Positions 50,700 to 62,700 of a DNA stretch of 64,000 bases are shown piece by piece. This stretch comes from Haliotis rufescens. Taxonomy: Eukaryota. Position numbers and translations under genes: made by a program. The notes beneath the pieces are model-generated. The model was not told the DNA's origin. It saw nothing but the letters and a program-made list of their open reading frames with translations, and did not search any database. Positions within the stretch are counted from its first letter, which is position 1. Each line of letters opens with the position of its first letter. The DNA is taken from positions 806,001 through 870,000 of the forward strand of contig NW_025963791.1 of NCBI RefSeq assembly GCF_023055435.1, read 5' to 3'.

Positions 50700-53600
50700 T
50701 GTAGGGTTATCTATAATATTGTATATGACTATGGTTAGGTGCTCTACCGCCTAAACATTAGTAGCTCTGTTATGCGAGATGCGAGAGTGATCTCCCTTAG
50801 ATCATTTCCCATGTGGAGGCTGTATACTCAACACTCAGCACAATAAATTTAACCTACTATCTTCAAATATATATACTGTGGTTTATTGAGAAGACATAAC
50901 ATGATGGGAAGTCCATGTGCTTTTTGTGAAGTGTTGGACATTTTCTTCTGGTGTGATAAAAATGGCAAATAACTGAAAGCAACCACAGTTACCTCAGTTA
51001 TTACCACAGTCAACATACAGGGTGAACCCACCTGAACACTTTGACTTTACAAAACCATAATCTTGGCCAAAATGGGCACGAAGAAACGAAGTCATTTCAA
51101 ACAGTGATTTAAAAGTTTCTGAGACACTTTGTAATTTCTCATAATGTGATACATGAGAGAGCTGTATTTAACAGACGCATACATGGTGATGTAGCAGGGC
51201 GTGGAGTCATCCCACAGATGATATCCTTACCTTGTCAGCTTGCTGATGGGGTTAACCTCTTTGGTCATGTGGACAAGGCGTCCGACCTGTTATCAGAAGG
51301 CCCGTGGTTCGAATCCCATCACGGTACTCGGAAAGTTTATGGCCGCTACATTAGCGCCCAACGTGTAGCGGCCATAAAATTTCCGTGTACCTTGATGAAG
51401 TTCAAGATCGATTGTGGTGCGGCTGTCACTGCCATATCTGATACATGTTTCAAGAAGCTTGGTAATGTCAAGCTTGAAAAGACCAAGAAGAAATTACTTG
51501 GCCCAGCTAAAATAAAACTTGACATCATAGGGGTGTTTACTCCGAAGCTAACCAAAGGCAGCAAGGTACATCACAAGACATTTATGTTGTGAGAAACCTT
51601 GACAGAAGTCTACTGGGGAGACCAGCCATAAGAGCCTTTGAATTGATCAAGTTTGTAGACTCCGTCACAATTACTGATGTGGAGAGAGACTTTCCATCAT
51701 TGTCAAAGGTCTGGGTGAAATTCCGGGTGAACATGACATAGAACTAACTGATAATGCTGTACCCTGTTCTCTTAACACACCAAGATGTGTACCAAGACCA
51801 CTCCTTAAAAAGGTCAAGAAAGTGCTTGAGAAAATGCAGGATCTGCAAGTCATCGAACCAGTTACACATCCAACTGACTGGTGTTCAGGTATTGTCGTCG
51901 TTACGGAGGGGAAGACAGGAGTGAGAATCTGTGTTGATCTGACACAGCTCAACAATAGTGTGAAGAGACATTTACGCAGTGCCTGCAGTTGATCATCATT
52001 CCCAGTCAGATTAAAGGTGCGTAGTACTTTACTCACTTAGATGCTAGTTCAGGCTTTTAACAGCTGAAGTTGTCAGACAAAGCATCCAAGTTAACAACTT
52101 ACATAACTCCATTTGGCCGATATTGGTTCAAATGCCAGGATGCCATTTGGAATCTCGAGTGCACCCAAGATATTTCAACAAACAATGTCTCAAATCCTGA
52201 AAGACCTTCCTGGTGTAATCTGCCTGGTGGACGACATACTCATCTATGGCTTGAGTACTCCAATGTCTAGCAGATAATGATGTCACACTCAACAGGGACA
52301 AGTGCGAGTTCAACAAGACTAAACTGAAGTTTGGTGGACATGTCATCAGTAAGAATGGTGTTCAACCTGATCCGGATAAAGTCAAAGCCCTTGTCAACAT
52401 GAAAACCTCATACAGACAAAACTGAGCTGATGGATCATGGAAAGTAGTAATCTTGGCATCCAGGTATCTAAGTGACACAGAGCAAAGATACGCACAAATT
52501 GAAATAGGAGCTCTGGCGATTACCTGGGAAACAGAACTGTTCCATTATTCTGTGCTTGGAAAACACTTCCAAATAGAGACTGACCATAAGCCTCTTGTTT
52601 CCATACATGGATCCAAATGTCTCAGTGATCTGTCTCCAAGATTGCAATGTTTCAGAATGAGGTTAATGTGATATAGTTATTCTGTGCTCCACACACCTGG
52701 CAAAAATCTGGCAATTGCAGATACAATTTCAGGATTGAGTGCAGAAATAAAATCTGTTGTAGCACACTGCAAAATATGTTTAAAGTACAGGAGAAATCCA
52801 ACTGAACCTCTCCTACCAACACCAATTACTGATTGACCTTGGCAGACAGTAGGTACAGACCTGTTTGAACTGAACAAAGTAATGTACATACTTGTGATTG
52901 GCTACTTCTCAAGGTAATTAGAATCATGAAACTGTCTTCTACAACATCAAAGAGTATCATCAACAGTTTGAAATCTTATTCTCTAGACATGGGATACCAG
53001 AGGTAGTTAGGACCTCAATATTCTTCACAGGACTTCCGTGAGTTTGCAAGAATATGTTGCGTAAAGCTGATGATCCATATCTTGCAATGTTGGACAACAC
53101 CTGTATCTGGTGGATTATCTCCAAGTGAGCTTCTAATGGCAAGAAAGCTGAATACAAGCTTACCATGTCATCCTACACAACTACAATCCAAACATGTGGA
53201 TGTGAAAAGCTTCAAGCAAGCTGAATCTGTGAAAAAGCTAATAATGAAAGATCAGTATGATCATCATCATAATGTGCGACCACCATCACCTGGTGATTGT
53301 GTTTGGGTAAATCAGTCTGAGTCGAAAGTGGTTGGTAAAGCTGACACCCCCCTGTCATATATTGTGTCAACCCCAAAGGGGGAGGTGAGGCGCAATAGAT
53401 GTGATCTCAAGTTAATTCCTGGTTCAGAGGATACAAGTGTCAAACTGATCCAACCAACTGTCAACAGCAGTCCTAGAAGTGCAAGTCTGTGGTCACAAGA
53501 CAATACTAACTCTAAGACTCCAATTAAAGTTATTCCCCCATGCCAGCATGTGTTCAAACTAACAGTGGTAGACATTCAAAACCACCAAAAGACTTGATCT

Positions 53601-54199
53601 TTGAAATGCATATTCCATTATATTGGAATAGCATTTAACAGCGATGTTGTATCAGTAATTTTGAAGTTTATTATTACTCAGAGTTATAGCAATGTTCGTT
53701 ATAATGTTCTCTTTTAGAAAACACTTAAAAAGTAGAATGATCTAGTAACGTAGACTAAGTGTTAGGGCTTTATTTTCAATATAATCTTATGCATAATTCA
53801 TAGGCTTTGAAGTATCAAATGTTAATTTTCTTTAAGAAAGTATGATCATTTATTTGCAGTCTTTATTGCACATTTGTGTTTAAATGCATTTAAATGCATA
53901 TATCTGTCTGTAACTAGAGCATGTAGAATGCATTAATGTTTACTTTATTTCAACTGCTTAAAGTTTTGCAATTATCTTTCCTAGAAAGGTGGATGTAGGG
54001 TTATCTATGTTATATATGACTATGGTTAGGTGCTCTACTGCCTAAACATTACTAGCTCTGTTATGCATGACTGTAGATATGCGAGAGTGGTCTCCCTTAT
54101 ATCAATGCCCATGTGGAGGCTGTATACTCAACACTCAGCACAATAAACCTACTATCTTCAAACCATATATATACTGTGGTATATTGAGAAGACGTAACA
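50700..54199 (+). mobile_element. Ty3/Gypsy LTR retrotransposon, internally deleted pseudo-element
   Basis: LTRs 50700-50901 and 53994-54199 (TG..CA), TSD GTTTT, purine tract before the 3' LTR. PR (FKIDCGA), RT (RICVDL, TPFGRY, LVDDILIYG), RNase H (ETDHKPL) and integrase (PWQTVGTDLF) remnants with stops. Confidence 0.93.
51190..51391 (+). mobile_element. 161-bp tRNA-containing LTR-like unit (TGTAGC..GCTACA), then a tRNA-Lys-type PBS and an inverted LTR end
   Basis: Internal A box tggtcatgtgg and B box ggttcgaatccc. PBS ttagcgcccaacgtg at 51351-51365. Confidence 0.7.
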
Positions 54200-55221
54200 G
54201 TTTTGAGCTTTCAGTTTTCAATTCATTACGCTGAATTGTCTCTAACCACTCCGACGAGTGCTGCGTCGTCATCAAACTTGACATCTGATCGACACATTAT
54301 ATCATGCACTAGTATCCTCATACAATCGAACCTCGTGGGGTCCTGGCGGAAAGTGCGAGACAACCAACAAAGTGATTTTTCGAAAATCAAACATCATGTT
54401 ATAAGAGATTTTTACCAAGTCTGGATGCAACACAAGATTTCAAGGCGAACGTAAATTTCAGTACCCAGGCTGCTGGTAGTGAAAGGGGCGGCATCTCAGA
54501 CGAATCACTGATCTCACTGTCCCCATCTGGATGGGTGTCATTGTTTATGTCTTGTCTCAAATAATAGAATTAACTAACATCATTTTAATCCGTTTTACTC
54601 ATTTGTCAATTTTCATGTGTCATCGGCAGTCACGTGAGAACATTTAAGTAACTTGCCGCTGGTGTGCATACAGTACTCAATTGCGTGGATCGATGCTGAT
54701 GATGTCAATCACTGGATTGTCTGGTCGAGATTCGACTATTGACAGACCGCCGTCATAAAGCTGGAATATTGCTGAGCGGCGTTAAACAACAAACAAAGAA
54801 CAGAAAAGGCATACATATCCAGCTTTCACCATTGTTGTAAGGTTTTTGTTTTGTTTGTTTATTTGTTGTTTAACGCTGCACTCAGCAATATTGCAGCTTT
54901 ATGACGGCGGACTGTAAATAATCGAGTCTGTACCAGACAATCCAGTGATTGACATCATGAGCATCGACCCACGCAATAGGGATACGATGACATGCATCAA
55001 CCAAGTCAGCGATCCTGACCACCCGATCCCGTTAGTCGCCTCTCTGGATTGTCTGGTCAAGACTCGATTATTTACAGATCGCCGCCACACCAGCACTGAA
55101 TGGAAAACGTTAAAACGCCTTCAACAAAACAACGATTAAATAGGGACAGCACACTCTTGTTAACATTCTTAAAGATCTTAATCTTCGCATAAAATGTCAT
55201 CTTTGTTGACATTGCTTGAAA

Positions 55222-55500
55222 GGGGGCACGAAAGGCCTAGTCGTCTAAGGCACCGTGATTCGCTGTGCAGAGTTGTGTCCCTTGGGCACGACAGAAACCG
55301 ATGATTGTGGGTTCGAATCCCGTTTCGACCCGATTATGTTTCTAGGGTTGTCAGCACCATACCCGTGCTCGTGGGTTTCACCGAAGTGGTAAACGTCCGA
55401 GACCTGCATCACCAGGCTTTCCTCCAAAATTTAAATTACACGCCGCCATATAACTGGAATACTGTTAAAAGTGGCGTTAAACCCAACTCACTCACTCACT
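55222..55500 (+). mobile_element. tRNA-SINE family C; second copy at 56087-56353
   Basis: tRNA-like head with a long variable arm, B box ggttcgaatccc, (CTCA)n tail. Confidence 0.75.
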
Positions 55501-58251
55501 CATTTCTTAAAAACAGCACCTGTGTTGATATTCCAGTTTAATTAATTATCTACAAATCTGAGCTACTGATAAGCAGCGTATTTGCGTAAAATACCCCCCA
55601 AAATATTCAAAACCAATTAATTTCAATTAACTTGCGTACAGAAACGCATGCATTAATAGAAAAACTCAAATGTATAAAAACAGCACGCGTAAATACCCAA
55701 TGAAGCTTTTTCAGCATGCGTACAAAGGAGCTAATTTCCGAAACACAATTACGAGCTAATTTACTTTCCGAGTCAAGCCTATATATTTAGAACAGATATA
55801 CATCTAAAACATTATTTCATTTTATTAAATCTTAAAATGGTCACTTATTTTGGGAAAACCCCAATAGCGTGATGAATAGATGAGTGAAAAAATATTGGAT
55901 ACCCAATGAAAAATGTAATAGCCCAATCAAAATAGAAACCCTAGAGTAAAAACTGGAGCTCTGACTTCAGTGCGTTATGGGATGTCCTCAGATCTTTGTT
56001 TAGCGGTAGCGAGAACTAAGATCTGATTTTAATTTGATTTGATTTTAATTTTAATTAGTTTGGCAGGGTCAATCATTATTGATTAGGGGGGCCAGGGTGG
56101 CACAGTCGTCTAAGGCGCCGCGATTCGCTGTGCAGAGTTGCGTTCCTTGGGCACGCCAGAAACCTATAATTGTGGGTTCGAATCCCTGTTCGCCCCGATT
56201 ATGTTTCTAGGTTCGTCAGGACCATTCACCCAAGTGGTAAACGTCGGAGACCTGCATCACTTCGGGCTTTCCTCCCACATTAAGCTGACACGCCGTGATG
56301 ATACTGGGATACTGTTAAAAGCGGCGTTAAACCCAACTCACTCACATACTCATTATTAATAAGGATTAACCATTTTTATTATAATTAAAAAGTGATAATT
56401 ATTTGTGTGTTTAATAGGGCGGTGGATGCCGATGATTTTGCGGTGCTAGGTTCGGGCTAATTAATAAATTTGTTTCAAGTAATTCAAAAGACACCAGATA
56501 TTGCCATGAACATGTATAGCATCAGCCAGACTATGATAAATATTTTGTAGGACACAGTATGACCATGATGGATATAAACGAATGGCTGTGGAGTGGCATT
56601 TGTAATAAAGTTACATAAAGATACATGCTATAGGCGACTATGCTTGTGGTAAGAGGCGACAAGACGGGATTTGGTGGTCAGGCTTGCTGACTTGGCGTTA
56701 AACCCAACTCACTCACTAGCCTGGGAAAGGCCGCTGAACGTCTTCCCCTTGAGAAATTTAGCTTCGTCGTTTGAGACTATTTAGAAACACATGTCAAACC
56801 AGGTTTAAAGCCTTTCAGATTTCACGCAGGTGTCTACCAGCATCGTCACGTGATGTCATGGTTACGAGGTCTACCCATCAGGGCTCATTTCCGTTGCACT
56901 AGTTTTCAGTGCGCGTTAATTCCAGACGACATGAATCGAAGCACACCTGCCGATGCATTTATTAGTTTCATTTTAACACCGTCTGTTTGACTATGTAAAC
57001 ATATTCAACCTGAATTTTGTGATATATCCTAGTAACATGTGAAAGTGCCTTTCACTTTGTATTCTGTACCTCCATAGGAGCATATTTGCTTATGTGACGT
57101 TTCACAATATTTACTCACTCACTACAGGTCATTCCGGTGAAGGTAATGTTTTGGCGGAATTAAACATCATTTTACTGGACATATTCAGCTGGTCGTTACG
57201 CATTCCTTTTTTTATTATGTAGTAAGTATAATAAAAATAACCAACAGGATTTCCCTAATTGCGTACGAGTAAACATTAATCAGCTATTTCTTCAGTGTCT
57301 TCATTTATGTGACCACGCTCTGATTCCCTTTGACCCACCCACCCCTATATTAAATTACCGATCCCCTAGGCGTTAGGCATTATTCAGCGTTAGAAACTGG
57401 CACTAGTCCTATAGTCCTTGTCAAAATTGCCCGATAGTTAAGGTATCCTAAGGATTAGTAGAAGTTTGGAATTTTTACGGGTTTTGCTATATGTTATCAT
57501 TAAAAGGACTAGTGGACTAAAATGTTAGTTTCTACCGCTGTTATGCCAAGTTATCGATATGTTCCAAGTTAAGTTTATGGGCATATTAGCTTTTGTAAAC
57601 TAACACGTTGAGCAAGCATTGTGTGTCGGTGTACTTTCGGTTAATCAAATCCCAAAGTCTCTCTGCACCTGAAGAACAGAATCGATGAGCTGGAAAATCT
57701 TTTCTGACATAATATGTCAGAAATTCGTGGTTATATATAACATTTCGCTTTCCACAACCTATGATTCCTACCATGTGAATTTGGAGTTATGCTAAAAAAA
57801 TATCCAGTTTATTTTCCACGTAGGATCTCAGGAATCTGTTTAATCTAATAGCACACACCCTACATCTCACAAAAATCAGATCTAAGTTGTTGTTACTGCT
57901 TTGTTTAGCGGAAGCAAGAACTAATTTTTAATGAGAACTCTCTTCTCCTCTCCTCCCCTCTCTCAATGTTACATAATGTTAGAGAGTTGTGTTTAAATGT
58001 AGAACACAATTCTCAACATTTTATGGTAACATGCAATAACAGGGGAAACAAACACCTGAACGGAAAACAACATTTATGAAAATTTTAAAATCTGGAATCA
58101 CAATAAGGGTTATGAAAATATTCATTCATATAACATAATTAAGTTTTGCATTATTCAAATAGTCGAAATAGGTATCTTGTGTTACAGAAAATATTTAGTT
58201 TCTTAAATGCTATAAAAGTTCCACTAGTTTTGAGTCACATGAAATGTCCAT

Positions 58252-59327
58252 TTAGTACAGAGTGAACAATCTCTTGATGAAGCTGAATACACTGGAGCTG
58301 CAGCATGCTGTCACAAATGACTGTGGTGGCGTTATTTCTTCCAGGTGGCTCATGTCAATGAGGACATATGCATCTTGCTTTACATGCTTCACTGGCTTTA
58401 CATGCTTCACTGGCATTACATGCTGTCCTGCAAATGGTTCTGTTGGATCTCCCAAGTCTATCTCGGGGATGTCTTGCTCCAAGTTCATGGAGGAACCACA
58501 CAGTGACGGACGGGCAGGGTTGGGGAGAGGGGCCTGGGTTATGGGCAGGGAATCAACTTCAGCAGTTGAGAGCTTAGAGAGGAAAGAGAAAGAGCGTATA
58601 GATGGTTTACAGAATAAGTAAATCAGACAAAAGTGTAAAATATTGTTAATGTAATGTAATGTATGGGGGTTAGTCATAATCCGTTGATTCCAACCAAATT
58701 GGAATAAACAAATGGTTTTTAACCTGTGAATTTCCATAAACTAATGTCAAAGTTATCTACGTGCACTTGTTTTTATCATGATTTTAGAACAACAGTCAAT
58801 GGCATGAAAACTATATGTCTAAATATACAGTACTTATCTTTATACGTTTCCAAAGAGCCTATATGTGACTCCTGATGTTAGGATTCCCCTATAAGCCCAT
58901 GTTCTATGTTTAGGCATAACCCCCCTTTTACACAAACACACAAAAATGCCCTAGATGACCTACTGGGAGAGGAACAGGAAGGTCGGAGAGGGAGGCAGCA
59001 ATGGTAGGTCGCCGAGATTTTCTCAACTCTTCCCGAGCTGCCCAAAGAAATGAAGCATGAACAAATGGTGCATAAACCGTTTGCCTCACTTTCAAGGCAA
59101 ATCAGAAAAATAAATTGACAGTTAAAATAAAGTTGACCCTATGCCTTGAAATGAAAATAGAGTAACCTATTACGTGTAGGAAGGTATCCAGAATTTTAGG
59201 ATCTAGGAAAATCGCGTTTGATCAACATTAATCATCTGGATCCAAAGCCAGATGTATCAGAAATACTAAATCCACAATACTAAAATATGATACCTTGATG
59301 AAAGACGCTTGCCACACTCGTGAACAT
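58252..59327 (-). CDS. Uncharacterised 142-aa protein, 3 exons (paralog B)
   Basis: Exons 59327-59294, 59037-58964, 58572-58252. Same splice sites as paralog A, with an in-frame 18-nt extra repeat unit. Confidence 0.72.
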
Positions 59328-59715
59328 GGTGCTGACCTTGCGAGAAGTGTGTAACAAATCGCAAAATAGAGAGGAGACTTGAAGTTTGCAACAGTGATGC
59401 TAAAACAACAATGGCGTCGTTTACAGACAAAAGTCACCATGGAGACGTTCTCGCGAGATCACTACGTTTTTTGATGAACTGGTACCCGGTATATATGATG
59501 AACTGGTATCTTGTGCGCTCTGCGCAGAGCGCTATCAGTCTACTTCTTGGGGAGAGTGAGTTTGGTTTTACGCCGTATTTGGCTTCACACATTTTACCAA
59601 TGTTGGGAATCGAACCTGATCTATTTATGTCTCAAGTGATTTCATTCATGACGGATAACCCATTATACTAGATCTGCACATTCCTAATCCAAACAAAATC
59701 AAGGTTAGGAAGTTT

Positions 59716-62700
59716 TCTTCAAACCACATATACTGTGGTATATTGAGAAGACATAACATGATGGGATGAGGATATTATTAACCAGGTTAGCAACTACAAT
59801 AGTCAAAAAGAGATTTTACTTAATGAACTTGTTAGTGAGCGAAAACGGAAGGTTTAATTGAAGTCCATGTGCTTTTTGTGAAGTGTTGGAAATTTTCATC
59901 TGGTGTGATAAAAATGGCAAATAACGAAAAGCAGCCACGGTTACCTCAGTTATTACCACAGTCAACATACAGGGTGAACCCACCTGAACACTTTGACTTT
60001 ACAAAACCATAATCTTGGCCAAAATGGTCACGTCGTTTTGAACGATTCAGACAGTCATCTCTTGTGACTGAAGAAGCAGATGAGGTTCAAATCAATTCAC
60101 TCATTTACCATATGGGGGATGAAGCAGAGGATATCTTGTCATCTCTGAATTTGACAGCTGAAGAAATGAAGTCATATCAAACAGTGATTGAAACGTTTCT
60201 GAGACACTTTTTTAATTTCTCATAATGTGATATATGAGAGATCGAGCTGTATAAATAACAGACGCATACAAAAAGATGGTGATGTAGCAGGGCGTGGAGT
60301 CATCCCACAGATGATATCCTTACCTTGTCAGCTTGCTGATGGGGTTAACCTCTTTTGTCATGTGGACAAGGCGTCCAACCTCGGCCTACCTTTAGAATAC
60401 AGTACCACAAACTTTTCAAACACGTGATCATACCCTATGACGTAATTTGTAGTATTGTTGCCAGTCACACCGGCGAAACAATGCCCTGTGACGTCAGGGG
60501 TCATCGAGTGTGCATAAGCTCCTCCCAGTGATCTTTCATCCTTACACGCAATGTCATTGAATACCCCCTGCGGTGTTGAGAGTTTTGAGAATTTGTTTAC
60601 TAATAATAGCCTGCGGCGGCGCATTTTAGAGCAAGCGCTAGTTTACGAAAGCACTTTTATTTTTTATTTATTTTTTATTTCGTTTTTCTCGTAATTCAAG
60701 TGGATAAAATGGTTATAAATGAACTAATATACATATATTATTTTTTCAGTTCATTATTTTTTATTATTATGCACAAGAATGCAGTTTATTAGGGATATTA
60801 TAGGCCCTATAGATTCTCTATGGCGCTGAACACATCCAAATGTCGCCAGTGTTAGGGTAGGTTACCCCGAACTCTATCCTTAGCCCTTGGATCCCCTCTA
60901 CGATAAATCACCCCTTTACGACCATTAGGGTTAGGTACTCGTTTAGTGGCGATTAGATTACCCGAAGTCTATCCTTAGCCCTTGGATCCCCTTTACGATC
61001 AATCACCCCTTTACGACCATTAGGGGTTAGGTACTCGTTTAGTGGCTATTATAGATTATATAACGGGTCCTAATATTCTTCACACAAAAACGTCGAGTAA
61101 AAAGGATGAAATGGTTTTGTGTCGAATATTTTGGCTACTGGAAACTGTCCTGGAACATTCACACAAGCCACTTTCATCGGCTACACTTTTTCAGTACTGA
61201 TTCAAAAGCGAACTCACCGTTGTGTCGTCACTAGTCATGCTTATTCCTCCCTCGTTCCTTACTATTATCCACATCATCCTTACAGTGTTCCCTACCACAC
61301 TTTTCTGTCACAAAAATCACCCGACGAATTATTAAATACCATATAATTCATGACTACTTGCGAGTTCGACGTCTGACGTCTGACGCCTGGAGCCGTTTTC
61401 AGTTTGCGGCATATCGGCTCATTCCTCACCACTCGGTATCTTGTACATTACGGAATGGGACGAGTGTGCCAAATGGCATCGGGATCATGCGTAAGTGTCC
61501 GTAGACTAAAGTCACGAGACACCATGCCTACCCGTAACCTTCGTAAGTGTCCGTCACCTATTCGACCCTTTTCGTTCAGTTCCGTAACGTCATAGGCATG
61601 ACTAGGTAAATTTGCACTACATTTAACAGTGTGGACGTAGATCAGTCAGTTAGCTGTCGGGGATAACAATCCGAAGGTCGCGGGTTCGCGTCCGACGGAT
61701 TCTCACTAAAACTGGAGAGATCGTCCTAACGAGAAGTTGTAGTACTGTGTTCTAAAGGTCCGTGGTTCGAATCCCATCACGGTACTCGGAAAGTTTATGG
61801 CTGCTACATTAGCGCCCAACGTGTAGCGGCCATAAAATTTCCGTGTACCTTGATGAAGTTCAAGATCGATTGTGGTGCGGCTGTCACTGCCATATCTGAT
61901 ACATGTTTCAAGAAGCTTGGTAATGTCAAGCTTGAAAAGACCAAGAAGAAATTACTTGGCCCAGCCAAAATAAAACTTGACATCATAGGGGTGTTTACTC
62001 CAAAGCTAACCAAAGGCAGCAAGGTACATCACAAGACATCTGTGTTGTGAGAAACCTTGACAGAAGTCTACTGGGGAGACCAGCCATAAGAGCCTTTGAA
62101 TTGATCAAGTTTGTAGACTCAGTCACAATTACTGATGTGGAGAGAGACTTTCCATCAGTGTTCAAAGGTCTGGGTGAAATTCCGGGTGAACATGACATAG
62201 AACTAACTGATAATGCTGTACCCTGTTCTCTTAACACACCAAGACGTGTACCCATACCACTCCTTTAAAAGGTCAAGAAAGAGCTCGAAAAAATGCAGGA
62301 TCTGCAAGTCATTGAACCAGTTACACATCCAATTGACTGGTGTTCAGGTATTGTCGTCCTTCCAAAGGGGAAGACAGGAGTGAGAATCTGTGTTGATCTG
62401 ACACAGCTCAACAATAGTGTGAAGAGACATTTACGCTATGCCTGCAGTTGATCATATTCTCGGTCAGATTAAAGGTGCTAAGTAGTTTACTCGCTTAGAT
62501 GCTAGTTCAGGCTTTTAACAGCTGAAGTTGTCAGACAAAGCATCCAAGTTAACAACTTTCATAACTCCATTTGGCCGATATCAGTTCAAAAGGATGCCAT
62601 TTGGAATCTCGAGTTCAACCGAGATATTTCAACGAACAATGTCTCAAATCCTGAAAGATCTTCCTGGTGTAATCTGCCTGGTGGACGACATACTCATCTA

